A stretch of 55,715 bases of DNA, filler included, from Sphacelaria rigidula (GCA_964200075.2; 5 parts of 5 records of this genome joined end to end with filler, not necessarily neighbours in it); one strand, 5' to 3'. Positions 1-12,878 are shown, counted from the whole stretch's first letter. Numbers and translations: made by a program. Notes: generated by a model not told the origin, from the sequence alone.

Positions 1-699
1 CTTGTCGCCGAAACCAGTCTACACACCGGCACACGCTCCTTTGTATCAAGGGTGTGCGTGCCAGCTGTCGACAGCTATTATACGAGAAAATTCAGAGACG
101 TACTCAAAAACGAAAAATGCCCAACCGTGCTATGCACACCACAGGCGGGGGTGAATTAACTATGATCAGCCTCGTAAATGATTTTACGGACTCTTAATCT
201 TATACTTTCACCTATTCATTGCGCTAGAGCCGGCAAAGAATGTATTTTGAACGAAAAACGGTCAATAACACCCCCTGACAATTCAGCTCGGAAGTGGTTC
301 AATATCGAGAGCAGAGACGTTTTTTGTTTCGGAATGTGGAGCGGATGCCTAGTATCTCCCGACTCCTAAACGTTGGGATCAACCGCTCGCTGGGATGAGT
401 GGTGCCATGCGACAAAACCATTGAAAATCGCCGACTACGAAAAATGACAAAAATGTCTTTTTTCACATGAAGACTATCATGATGGAGACAGAGCCCGATG
501 CTTCACTCGACATGCGAAGCCAAGCATGGACAAGAGCAACATCAAGAACCCAAGATCACCGATCATGACAAAACAAGATGGAACAGAAAAATGCCTTAGT
601 GACACTTCAGGTTGTAAATTTTACATCTCTACGGGCCAATTCGCTTACCCGTGGCTCGGCTGGTAACCTCCAAACATTCTGACGGTTGGGAGGTGGGTC

Positions 700-925
700 C
701 GAATCTCGGTGAAGTTACACAGTCTGGGAATGCTTTTCACGTCACACCCAACGACGGAGAGCGACCATGTGGGTACACCAAATTCGACTTCACGGTCGAC
801 GAGGGAAAAGGGACTGCTGAAGCCTTTTCGCGATGAAAAGTAAGGCAAGCCGCAGAGGGAAGGTGAAAAAAAAAAAAGACTCCTATGGTGACATTCCTGT
901 GTGATCCCGGCTGATGCGCCCACAT
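700..925. repeat. Dispersed repeat, second copy at about 39890-40110
   Basis: Collinear shared blocks (cac.tcac.cccaac; tcgactt..cggt.ga.gagggaaa.ggg.c.gctgaa; tgtga.cccgg..gatgcgcccacat) occur in two different contigs. Ends are approximate. Confidence 0.7.
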
Positions 926-1843
926 GCACCAAAAACTGTAGACTGGCGTTCAAAATAGAAAGGATGTCAACGAACGCACACACCTCTTGTGAAAAAATGG
1001 GATTTTCACCCGCAAACCCCGAGAGCGATAATTATAACTATTATTACTATTTCTGTTTCCGCACATTAGCCCGATCTCTCGAATCCGTGGTCACAGACGT
1101 AGGCTCGTCTTTCCAGTACCGTTCCTGCTATTCCTTAGAAGAGATAAAACTCCCATTGTTCCTAGACTGAAAAACACACACACAAAACACCAAATAAACA
1201 ATAAGAGAGAGGCGTGAAGAAAACAGAGGTGAAAAAACTCCCCCCTCGAGTTGATCGGGGTGAGGTGAAGAAGAAAATATCAGATCTGCTAATACAGTAT
1301 AAAGAAGAAAATTCAGCTTCAGTGACTTCGTCGATTTGGGGGCAACGTTGGGACCTATTTCGACAAGTCGGCAAAGCAACCCTGATTTTCCTGCCCCTCT
1401 CCCGAACAATAACACCGTAGTCCAGTGCCTTCGTGTATCCGGTGCGCTTGTGTTGCGCGCTCCTATCACAACGTGAAAAAAAATACGGGGGAATCAGCCC
1501 CCCTCCCTTTCGCAATTGCGGCGCGAGTTTATCCATTTGGTTCATGAACTAACGTGGAAATCTAGGCTTTCACGAATGGTTGGTTGAACAGAGCATGCGG
1601 CGCACGCCGAGGTACTTACACGATCCTGCTCGCTGTGCTACTTCTACCTCATGCCATGCTCTGTGTCCCGGGGAAGCTGTGTGCCCCCGGGACACATCTT
1701 TTTTCTCGTTCGAAGGGTGGGACGAGGTAATCAGGGGGGGATTGGAGCTTTTTCGTGATGTTGGCATTCTAGTATTGCTTCCGTGTAGGCCAGGAGCTTG
1801 GATAAGAGACGCGGCGGGGAGGCGAGGGGAAGGCGGGGCTTAC

Positions 1844-3833
1844 ATTTGAGTACCCGCTCTGTTGAGGAGGTAGTTCATGCTCCACATTTCTTTGTCGAGC
1901 TGGGCACCAAGTCCTTTGATTATGACCGTGATGTCGGAGATCTCGAAGAGGCGTAACGCGTATTCCTGGTCCTGAGGTGGCACCCTGATATTGCAGAAAA
2001 CAAGAGTGTTGCGGAAGCGGGGTGGGGTGGGCGAGGGGTACAGTTCAAAAGTACCACACTGCCTACAAATATACAACACACACAGAAGCAACATGATCGC
2101 GGGAGAGCAAGGATATGTTATTAGTAGGGAGAAGCTTTCTCCGGACGCGCTCAGCTCGCCCAAGTTGAAAAAAAACAGCACAAGGCGGTGGCAAAAGGGT
2201 CACCTTGCGTGTTCTCCAGCAAACTTTAGGGTACAGTGGCCAGTTAGTATTTTCCGCGGCACGCAGACAGGTGGATTTGAAAAGATTTTTTTTCTTCGTG
2301 GTCGAAAAATATCATGTGGCTTCCCTATCTACAAAACTACTGTAAGACAACGGGAGAAGACAATAAGGGATGGTGCTTGCCGTAGATCCAAAGCGTTTCA
2401 AAGCGCCCCAATGCGCCGCACGACAAGGCGTACAGGTGTATTCGCCTCTATTTTTCATAACCGGGGCTTCTTCTTTCTGGCCACAATTTCTAGCCATTTT
2501 TGGCGTCTCCCTCTTCACTGCTCGATTTTCTAGTGTCCCCCGTCGGCATGACGCTCGGGGATGATTTTTAGGCATTAAAATCGTTGTGCTGCTGTGAACG
2601 CGCCATCGAAACTTTCAAACTGGACTGGAAGTCTCGAGCGTTGAAGATTGAAAATCTTCAACACAAGCAACATTATGTATTTTACATTGCTGGCACAGAG
2701 AGACGATGCCACCACATTCCTGAACGGGACCTGCTGAAGGGCACCTCTCTACCCTCCAGACCAAATACACACGTGAACACGAAAATTGCCACAGCAGTAC
2801 GGTGTGAAAGTGAAAGTAGCCCTTACTGTGTTGTCAAAGACCAACACAAGAGCGGACGAGAGCATTATCACGCGGCGCGTATTTCTGCCGTACGTGGTTT
2901 ATTGTGCGGTACGATGCGGGACCAGACCTTCACGGTACGGTACCGCAAGAGAAAAAAAAAATTACGGCCACCCGCCGTGCGGTGCCCCCTAGTCGCGAAC
3001 ATATGCTACACCAGACCAGCCGCCGGGTAACGTTCTTCCTTTTTACAGCAGACTTACCCCGGCACATGTATCAAATAGTGCCCCGGCAAGGACGAACGGC
3101 GAAAGCCCAACCGTTAGTCATACGAGGAGGGTGGTCTCTTCAAGCCCAGACATGTTCCAAGGTGGCAACACGGCCACGCTTGACTTGTACACCGTTGATG
3201 ACGTGAGAGGCAAGCCATCAGCCCAACCACGACAGTGAACGTTCGGCACTTTTGTTAAAATATACAGAACAATTATCTGACCAAAAACGGTAATTATACA
3301 AACCAGAGACCGTGTTCAAAGCAAACGAGGACTTGCTACGTCAGGCATCGAATATACAAGATATGTATACGCACAAAATACAAACAAACAAACGGCATAT
3401 GTTGCCCCAGCAGCAAAAGACAGTGCAGCAACAGCAGCGTACGTGAATAAATACCATATCTCTTTCTTTCCCCTCACCTTCCAGAAAAGTCGGCCCGGAC
3501 AATTCTGTTGAACGTGTCCACCGAGAACTTGGACCCGCTAGCACAAGGTGGTGGTGGGATGGGGTCTGGATCGGGAAGCTTCGCAAGCCTACCTCTACTA
3601 CCGCCGCCATTGCCGCCAGAACCACCACTACCACCACCAATCTCCTGATCCCCACCTCCATATCCACCACTGTCGCCGTGTTGCACACTACTACCACCGA
3701 CGTCGCCGCCGCCGCCCCCGCTAGGATAACGAACATCGTATTTTTCACCATACTTAGTATCATCGCCACCTTCGCTCTTGCCCTCGCCCTTGCCCTCACC
3801 ATCACTGCCCCGACCACCACTACAACTATCATT

Positions 3834-3899
<66 letters not shown>

Positions 3900-4022
3900 A
3901 CCCCCACCACCAACGCCGCCACCACCCTCACCGCCACCCCGATCAATGGCGATGCTCCCGCATTCCCCCAGCCTTACGTTGTTGAAGCTCATGGTGTCAC
4001 TCCTGCGTATCACAGCCAAGAC
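1844..4022 (-). CDS. Two internal exons (4022-3478, 1984-1844) of a probable JmjC-family histone demethylase-like protein; partial gene
   Basis: Canonical splice sites (ccgcag|GTC...GGAAG|gtgagg; tatcag|GGTG...CAAAT|gtaagc) and matching phase 2 give ...Gly-rich...SKFSVDTFNRIVRADFSGR|VPPQDQEYALRLFEISDITVIIKGLGAQLDKEMWSMNYLLNRAGTQ. From memory this resembles the segment N-terminal to JmjC in KDM6-like and stramenopile JmjC proteins. The catalytic domain is not seen. Confidence 0.55.
3835..3899. repeat. 65-nt poly-C homopolymer (poly-Gly on the minus strand); length unreliable
   Basis: Read directly from the sequence. Similar long runs occur near 12839-12877 and at the window end. Confidence 0.9.
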
Positions 4023-6486
4023 CTGCGGTAGACAAGTATGCAGCGCAGATCCCGTGGCGTGCAGGGGCACGGTACTCATGACGTGAGAGTCGCACTATAT
4101 TGGCGGATGATTGATTGGTTAATTTATTCCATGCATTGTCGCATACGATGAAGTGCTCCGCTGGGGCTCCAAAGGTGGTCATATGTCTGATAGATGTACC
4201 TGGGGTGAATGAAAGGAAACCCAGTACGAGTACAAGATCTAGCACAAATGGCCCCGAGAAAGAAAAAAAACAGCATGCCCCTGCCACATGGCATTAGGTA
4301 AGGAAGCCATTCAAAATCAGTGAAGCACGGTACCGTGGAAGCGGGTTGCAACTCAGTTATCTGGGGACGAAATCATATAATTCGGAACCCGAGACCGAAT
4401 CATAAAAATGACATCAATGACACCACCGTATGCCTAACTCCTGTTTGCGCGATTTTCCCATCGATTGTCCGAAGAGGGAGGGCCTCCCTCTTACGGCCTG
4501 AGTGTCGGCGTTCGGAAGGAGACACGCGGAAAAATCAGACATCAGGCAACACACAACCGTGATACTGTACTGTACTGCGCTCAATATCAGTACGGAGCAG
4601 ACCTCGCCGGCGCCCACATATCTCGTGTGCCTCGTATCCTGTTCATCGGGTTCGTTGCCGGGTGGGGTTCAATCAACAGTCGGTCGGTGAAGGGTATCCA
4701 AGCATGATTTTCACGCTCGAGTGTGGTGCGCTGTTTCTCCAGATACGGTTGTATTTGTAGCTGATGGCATACAGTACCGGCTGCTCCAGGTGTCGCCCTT
4801 CGTATGACCCTCGCATCAAACGGGCAAATTTTGCGTTGGGTGCAAACATGCTTTCGAAACTTTCGAAAAAGGCGGATAGTTTACATCGCACCCCGCGTCC
4901 AATCAAATCCATCAGCATAAAAGACGGAGATCGCACCGAGACATTGAACCGTGCTCTGCCCAACACAACACAATGCAGCAGCGTCATACTCATGCGGTTT
5001 GATAAATAATAGTGAGGTCGGCTAGCTCCTCTCATCGTTCACTTCATCATGTGTCTCGCGCCATCTCTCGACATGCAACCCAGTCCGGGCATACTGCCGT
5101 TGATGGCCGTCGAGACTCTGAACTCAATTTCCTAATTTCCGTCCCTTTTGCTCATCACCGTACATTGAAAGATATGGCGAAAGGTGACAACTGAGGGGAA
5201 AAAAAAAGTCGTCCTGACCAGCAATACCCGTTTGTGCAGCGACGTATAATAGTGTATCTACCTTTCTTTCACATACACAACAGAGTTCAGTCAAACCACC
5301 ATGCGTTCTCAATCTCCACGGCTTCCCGCTGTTCCATACCAACTCGCAGACACGCGCCTTCACACCACACGAGACGAACTTACTGTACTATTGTACTGTA
5401 CTGCTATGTCTGGAGTGCAACCTGGTCATCGGAACACTGTATTGTCCTGATGTTATACCACCGTCTCCGGTCGGCAAATTTGATTCTCCACGATTTCCAA
5501 GTAAAAAAACCAGTGAGAACGTTCACACATATACTCTCAATCAACTGCCGCCGCCACCGCTTCTGCTGCTGCTACTGCTGCTGCTGCTACCACTAATGCG
5601 TCCAAGTACACTTTAAAATGGCTTGCACTAACCTCACTGGCTTTTCACGTGTAGAAAATGTACTTTCTCCACGGGCTGCCGATCTCTCAGCTTGATGCTC
5701 ATGAGCGAAAGGCGAAACACAGAAGAGATCAAGTCGGGGAACAAGGGACCAACACCTGAACATGGCCAGATTCACGAACCTTCTACTACCGCGCGCCTTG
5801 TAGGCACGGTGAAGAAAGCTATACCCCGGCACGTTGTGGTGTCGATGAGCTGTTTCTGCTGCCGGTCCTGCTGGCTGTGCCAGGGCTGTGCTGCTCACAG
5901 GGCTGCCCAATGTTGTCTGATCACTGGCGAGTTCATTTTCGCTCGGAACATGGTAGTCCGTTCCCGTTCACCCAGGTAAAGCACTCATAGTTACTGAGAA
6001 ACAAGAAATAGACGAGCGTTTTTGCCCACAATATATGAGTCCTGGGCTTTCACGTCCCATTTTTTCATAGAAATTTAGTGCTTGAAATTTTTCAAATATA
6101 TTCCTGAGTCTATAATCTTTTTACAGGGCGCTATATATATACACATATTATATTCATTCCAAACTTTACATTCGTGAATTTTACTCGGAGTGACGGCGTC
6201 AGTTCCCGCTGTCATTTGCACTGATCATCGCTCGCGCCGTCCAAAGGGTATGACATCTATATGTCATACCCTTTGGAGCCGTCAAGTCTGCACCGTGTCC
6301 AGCTTCACTGCGCAGCAGCTCCCGCAGAATTTTCTGAGGCTTGTCCATTCAGTCTGTCTTTCATGTCTTATGCATCTGTATGTACCGTATATGGAGTTTC
6401 ATTGAACCCTACTTTCAGGACGGTGTAGAACCACAGACAGTGCAGACAACACTTGCGCGAAGTGCGAGACTGCCCCCCGACCCACC

Positions 6487-6621
6487 TGTAATGTGTGAGA
6501 GGACCGCGTGCTTAGAGGACCGCGCCGTAGTTCGAAACACCTCAGGATCGACGTTTTCAAAACCAATCGGGTCAGCCCCTTCAGGTACGATGCCCCTGAC
6601 CCTCACCCTAACACTAACACT
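6487..6621 (-). mobile_element. Half copy of the telomere-repeat MITE, ending in a degenerate (CCCTAA)n tract
   Basis: tgtaatgtgtgagaggaccgcgtgcttagaggaccgc...aaaaccaatcggg...ccctgaccctcaccctaacactaac matches the reverse complement of the right arm of 7393-7598. Confidence 0.8.
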
Positions 6622-7392
6622 GCACTACAGTGGAGACAACATTTTTTTGTAGTCTAGTCCAGTCCAGCCTGTCTCGCGGCAAACTACGCGCCCTACTCCC
6701 CGGAGGCATCGCTGGCGCTGCAGGGGGAGATGACTGATGAAATAATCATAAACACCAAAGATGCATGACATGCTACTTTAGCTTGTCATAACCCTTTGAT
6801 TATCACAATCCGCCGGAATTTTATGCTGTACGGCTATGGCAAAATAAACGTTGAGTAGCATGCAAGTTGCGCGTCATAACATCATGACTGAGATAGCCAA
6901 AACGACTTTTCGAAAAATCATTTCTAAAACGAGTTTTACCGGGGAGCAGGGGGGGTGATGCAGCAGTCACAGCCAAGCAAGGGCCTACACAGCAGAGTGC
7001 TTTTCTGAAAAGTTCTACGCTCCAACTCTTTGATCAGCAGCGTGTATCTCTCTGGGTCTTGTAAATTTCACCGTACAACAGTACGGGCATGCTTCAGGCA
7101 TAAATGATGCCATTTCAACTTTCAACACACCCGCGCTGATGGTCGGTCAAAGGATTACAATAAACCAATAATATACCTGAGCGCGCTGACGTGCCCTCGA
7201 TCGAGCCAAGAGTACGACACATAGATGAGTGGGATCTACTGTATTGCCGTATAGTACTACCTGGCGCACCAGGTGCTTTGTGGATTTATGGCCAGCTGAC
7301 CCTTTCATGTCGAGTCGAGGAGGGCGTATTTTTCTTGAAGAGAGAGGGCCCGAGTTTGGCTTTGTTCGGCGTAATTGCCAGTATTGAAGGAA

Positions 7393-7598
7393 TGTAATGC
7401 GTGGGAGGACCGCGTGCTTAGGGGGCCGCATCGGAGTTCAGACACCCCGATGGTTAGGGTTAGGGTTAGGGTTAGGGTCGAGGGCGTGCGGTCTCTGTAC
7501 GGACTGGCCCGATTGGTTTTGAAAAACGTCAATCCTGGGGTGTCTTCAACGACGATGCGGTCCTCTAAAAAGCACGCGCGGTCCTCCCACGCATTACA
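7393..7598 (+). mobile_element. 206-bp MITE with roughly 55-bp imperfect TIRs (TGTA...TACA), internal (TTAGGG)4 and a putative 3-bp GAA TSD
   Basis: Left end tgtaatgcgtgggaggaccgcg; right end cgcggtcctcccacgcattaca. TTAGGG x4 at 7454-7477. gaa flanks both sides (7390-7392, 7599-7601). Confidence 0.85.
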
Positions 7599-10499
7599 GA
7601 AGACCATGCATGTGCAAATCTACACCAGATTATAAACCATACCTCTTGATTGCCATCATCGTTTTCCGAGAACTCTGCATGGTACGGAGTTGCTTCGGTC
7701 GAAGATTTCACGGATCATTCGTCGACCACAAAAAAATCGCAGGTCGAATGTGTGCAACCCTCACCCACACCTTACTTCAGTGTTGCGTCCCACAGGTTTC
7801 GCGGTGAAGCGCAGCATCGAGGAACACAATTTTATCGCTCCATCATTAGGTGAGATTTCATCCTTGCCAGACGCGTGCTCGACGCGAGCGCAGCCGGCCT
7901 GTACCCGACAACGTTGCCCCTATATAGTTCAGTTGCTGTTGTGCTTCTGTTGAGGTTTGGACTTGTTGCAGATTTACCCGATCATTTTCACGGGCTCCCT
8001 TGCGTATCGGAGGTATAGAAAGAGAGAGAAAAGTGGCTACGTGGAGCAGGTGGATCGGGCCGCACCCCTGACATACAGGAGTGACGGGTGGCGCTGCAAA
8101 GTGGCACAAGGGGCAACGTATCGTCGCCAGGCGGTCTTCGGAGCAGGATACAGGGTTCGAAGTAAGTGGTAGGCGTGGAGGAGAAGGTGAGTAGGGTGTA
8201 AGGGTGTTATTACGGAGTTGTTCCTGCACTATTGTCAGGATGAGCATGTGCGGGTGGATGGGATACACTCCCAGTCACCATGCGGTTGTTCAAGGTGAGA
8301 TCATACAGGGAAATACTCACCGCTGCCAACCCCGCTCCCCCATGCTTTCTTTCTATAACATGACGGATACTGCAGTGAAGGAACTAACGCCCTGACAGTA
8401 TTCTTGGGTGACTATAACCCGACGACCACTGAGTACGTCTTGAAGATACCAGTGGAGCTGATGACATTGTTGGATTACGCAAGCAGGACTGCGAAACAAC
8501 ACTTTTTCAAGGTGTTGTGGTACCAAGAGCGATCGAATCTGTAACAATGTTGGAGAGGTGAAAACTAGTATTATGTACCGGCCTGAACCACAGGGACAAA
8601 ACTGCCAGGTAACCTGGAAGTACTCCCTGACCGGTTTCGCATCCGATTCTTCTCTTCCATTTGGTTGTATGCTTTATTTTGAGCGCAATCTTTCGGCAGG
8701 CCTGCATTATCATTCCAAACGAGGAATCTATTTTCACGAGCAATAATGAATCGCTGAACGGCGCCGTTTTTCACGGCCAAACTTGAGTCAGGCATTTGCG
8801 GGCTGTTCAATAATACGAGAGCAATTCTGAGAAAAAAAGCAGATGCAAAAAGAAGGGATCAGACCCATCGATACAAGATATCAAATGGCGTAACATCACC
8901 CATCTGATCATAGCGCTTCGTGGTTCTGCGGCAGCACACGAGTGTGGAAGTGTTTGGTGTGAACGAAGTATTCTATCATGAAGCTGCTGTCTCGAGTCAT
9001 CGTGAACGTTGAGCGCGCCAGGTTCAGTTTCCGCTGGATTTAGATCGCAGAGAGATGTCGCAAAAAACACACGTACCACACGCATATTACTGGTATGCAG
9101 AAGGACGGTACCCGAAAGGCATCTTGCAGATGAACTGCAGTGGTGTGCGGTCTAACTATTCGTTTTGTGGCATTTTATGATTTTTTCGTAATTGGCGATT
9201 TCGTGGGCTCTTTTCGCTTTCTACCGCTGTTCGCATTGAGGATCTGAAGACATTTGTATCCGCTTCACATTCCAAGAAAAAAAATCATATTTACTCAAAA
9301 TTAGCTGAGTTACGGGCTGACCGTTTATCGGGGGTCCCGCCATGTTTCAGCCCAGGTTCTCACTCCTCGGTATTTTCGGTCAATGAAGCTTGTCTCGATC
9401 ATATTTGTGAAGAAATCTACAGTTCTAAGTTTTGAACTTCTACCTACCCATGGCACTAGAGCCGAAAAACTGTGTTTCACGGTCAATACCACCCTCCTGA
9501 TGACGGGGAATTTACTCGCTCTACCCGATAATACCACCTAACACTGACGTGGGCACTGTGTTTCGAGGATGATCTCTTGATTGTACCAAAATCTACCGAC
9601 GCTAGCAATTTCGAGTTCTATCGAAGAGTAGTACGCGAGAAAACCCCCAAAACACCCCTGAATAGTTAGACCGCCCACTACTGCACAACGAGCCAAGCGT
9701 CGACATTTGTTTGGTGTATATACATTATGTTTTTACTTCAAGATGCATAACTATGCGGGAAAATGAATGCAGTCACAAAATCGGGGCTCTCGCTGACTCA
9801 CATAATTATCGTTACTGTAGATCTGGCCGAAACGAATAACACCCAGGAAGTCAAGCTTCACTACTGCGCGTGCGGGTTGGAAATGAACTCTTCCCACTCC
9901 CGCATATACTGTAAGATTGCTGGAGTCCCAAAAGTGCCCTGGAGGCAGTTAGGACACAAGTGTCGTCGAGAGGCTTGATGTAGTGCGAACTTCAGAGGTG
10001 AATTCACACACTGGAAATGTTTTCCCGAATTTCCCCAGGGGCACCCTTAGTCAAATCATGTGCCCAAGGGGATCATGTGCCCTCTAGCGGCTTCGTTTAC
10101 TGTCCACTCCAGAGGCATTCTGACGCACCAGAGGCTACTTCATCCTTCGGAGGGTCATTTCGCTCTCTAGACGAAAAGAAATGCGATTGTGGGATTTCAA
10201 GGAGGAGCCGATTGGCCGCGTGTGTGCATGCAGGCATTGGGTATAAACGATCCGAAAGGATCCGACGACCCCGGACCCTGTAAAGCCGACGACGCTGGAC
10301 AACTCGAGGTGATGCCAGCACGAGCTCGATATTACGGTGTCCGAGCATCCCCGACGGAATGATCCACCTGACGTGGATCGCACTATGTTCCACTTCTTGC
10401 CTACACACACGAAGAAACCATCGTCTCACCGCGGAGTTCCTTCGGCATCAAGGCGACATCGACAACGACAAAAAGTCTTACGAATAGGTCTCCGTTTAC

Positions 10500-11064
10500 G
10501 CCACACACAGCGCAAGCAAGGCAACCAAGTCGCCGTTATTGTTCGGTTGCTTTTCATTTGCGGTAACCATGATGGTGGTCGAGCTCAATCATACTGGGCG
10601 GGGTAGAGGACCCGAACTCCGCGCAAAGGGGATGGTCGTACTACGCAGTGCTTGAATGGTGAGGCACCTGTGAGGCAGTGTGTAACCCGTGGCTGTCTCT
10701 GCAACTGGCGATGCCAGAAAATCAAAGCAACCAGTACGATTGAGCTCGACCACCATCATTGTAGGCTGTCATGTACGAAATAACCAGTACACTTCGGGCC
10801 GAACAATCTTAGCAGGATGCAGCTCACCCTTCATGCGGCTCGCCGAACACATCACGGTGCCTTGCCCTTGGTGATTGATGACAAGCCTGGTCCCGCGAAA
10901 ACCCGGCGGGCTCCGTCACGGCTCTGTAGGATGTGAGGTCAATGGTCACATGACATTGGCGTGCAAGATCACGAATAACCCCCCCTCCCCTCCCTTCGCG
11001 CTTGGTGATTGAGTGCGAGCCTGGTCTGGCGGAAGCCCGGCGTGCTCCGTCCCGGCTTTGTAGG
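10500..11064 (+). mobile_element. Retroposon-like repeat (family B) ending in tandem ~130-bp 3' units with a C-rich tail
   Basis: Aligns with the reverse complement of about 13575-14030. The terminal unit cttggtgattgagtgcgagcctggt...cccggcgtgctccgtcccggctttgtagg repeats in tandem and resembles the LINE 3' end at 35395-35475. Confidence 0.7.
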
Positions 11065-11164
11065 NNNNNNNNNNNNNNNNNNNNNNNNNNNNNNNNNNNN
11101 NNNNNNNNTTAATTAATTAANNNNNNNNNNNNNNNNNNNNNNNNNNNNNNNNNNNNNNNNNNNN
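11065..11164. other. Artificial 100-bp assembly linker N44-TTAATTAATTAA-N44
   Basis: The same spacer, with stop codons in all six frames, occurs four times in the window. Confidence 0.98.
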
Positions 11165-11706
11165 CGCATCCCTTTCGAGACGGAGCAAGGAGAGGGGGGG
11201 GGGGGGAGGTAGGTAGGCGGGATACCCTTCCTCGTGCAACCCCGTGCTAAGTGAAACAAAACAAAGGCAACTGAAGGGGATGACCCAGTAGCTCGTATTA
11301 TTTGCCTGTTCTGGTGTCTGAGTGCTGGGTCACTGTAGTTGTAAGCCGGAGGGGGAAGTTGGCATGCTCAACCCACTACTGGAGTGTGACCCACTGTGCT
11401 ATACGCGAATGGAACACGGCACGCCGGATGAGACAAAAAACTACAAACGCTTTTTACACACACTGCGGCTATCGTCCACAACAGCTCCGTACTTCCTGTG
11501 AGAGGTGTCATACCCTACCTTGACAGAGGAAGTGTCCATATATCATTCAGTACGCCTCGTGCTTCGTCGTGCCTATGAGGTAGTGTAGTTGCAGCGATCT
11601 CGCATTTCTATCGTATCTCATCCTCCTCTTCTTTTCCCATTTGTCTTTATTCGAGACCCTCGAAAAGACGGTACGCGACACGGAGTTTGCTCACTTAATC
11701 CTTTGA

Positions 11707-12023
11707 ATAACCCCCTGACCGCGAGGGTAGGTCATCTGGGTCTTGGATTGCTTCTCTCAAGTAAAATTGATACCGACTCCACGGGTGACCGATGTCAGCG
11801 GTCAAAGGGTTGACGCGCCCTCGTTGAGTCATGTGGATCTTGCACATATTTTTTTCAAGTGAAAATTATGCCGATCCAACAGATTATCCATACCCTGGCG
11901 ATGGAAGGTGTAACCCCTTCGACCGCTGGGGTAGGTCGTCTGTTGAATTGGCATCGTTTCAGCTGTTGAATATTGCAGTGAGTGTGAGACCGAGGTCACC
12001 CTCCCCGGCGGTCAAACGGTTTA
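11707..12023. mobile_element. Tandem array of three degenerate ~105-bp piggyBac-like MITEs
   Basis: The first and third units run (a/g)taa-ccc...gaccgc...gcggtcaaa.gg-tt.a; the middle unit is more decayed. The first two align with the reverse complement of the TTAA-flanked element at 35045-35151. Confidence 0.6.
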
Positions 12024-12293
12024 CGATGAAAACAACGGACGTTGCGTTTAGTTGCACTGACGGTCGCTATTTGCAAGCTTCAGCACAGCGCCGGCGCACT
12101 CATGAGCCGAATGTTGTGCTCTAAAGTAGCGACAGCATCCCCCGTATCCGTATTTCGGCCATGTGGTAACTCTAAGCAGGTGCCTTCGTTTTTCTCACCA
12201 TCACATGCGCTCACCCTTGCTTCGGTTAAAAACAAATGCAGGCACGCAGCAACAACACTAAGCGAGAGAAGGACGGAACACGCATAATCAGAT

Positions 12294-12363
12294 ATGCGGT
12301 CGTCCGCCTTTGTTTCGTTGGCTGTGCTCTGCAGCAGTTCCATCACCTACATCGCCGCGCAAG
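12294..12363 (+). CDS. Exon 1, signal peptide MRSSAFVSLAVLCSSSITYIAAQ
   Basis: ATG at 12294, basic residue followed by a hydrophobic core, donor G|gtatgt in phase 1. Confidence 0.8.
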
Positions 12364-12836
12364 GTATGTCCAAGCAAGCGGCCACCCCAGTACATTTTTT
12401 TCAAGACATCAATCGACTTGACGCTCCAAGATAGTGTTCCCACCACTCGATACAGACGTTTTGGTAATGTGGTGTAACACTGCAAGGATGCACGAGTATT
12501 GTGCTGCTGCACCCACCAGGTACCTAAAGAGTAACAAATGACACCGTTCCGTGCCGATCTGATAAAGTCAAAAGTTGTGCCGTTCTACAAGTCTCCGAGC
12601 CAAGAATATTCATGAGGTGAAAAAAATAAGAGGGTCTTGATTCCAGGAGATTCCGGAGGGGCATGGGGGGGGGGGGGGGAGAGATTCGGGGGGGGGATCA
12701 AACAAAGGTCGAGCCCCCCCCGGGGTGTGTAGAGGTTCTTTCCGAGAGGTTTGAANNNNNNNNNNAAAGGCTACCCCCACCAAACAGACCAAGAAGAAAA
12801 ATTAGAAAAGAGAAAAAAAAAGAAAGGGGGCTTGGG

Positions 12837-12878
<42 letters not shown>

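Noticed and set aside
3341-4086. Poly-Pro and alternative poly-Gly ORFs in other frames
   Set aside because: These are shadow frames of the Gly-rich exon and the C homopolymer.
11065-11164. TTAATTAATTAA palindrome as a biological motif
   Set aside because: It is embedded in fixed-length N runs and repeated identically four times, so it is a synthetic spacer.
11883-11930. Candidate extra exon DYPYPGDGRCNPFDRW for the Cys-module gene
   Set aside because: It lies inside the piggyBac-like MITE array and upstream of a good ATG and signal peptide.
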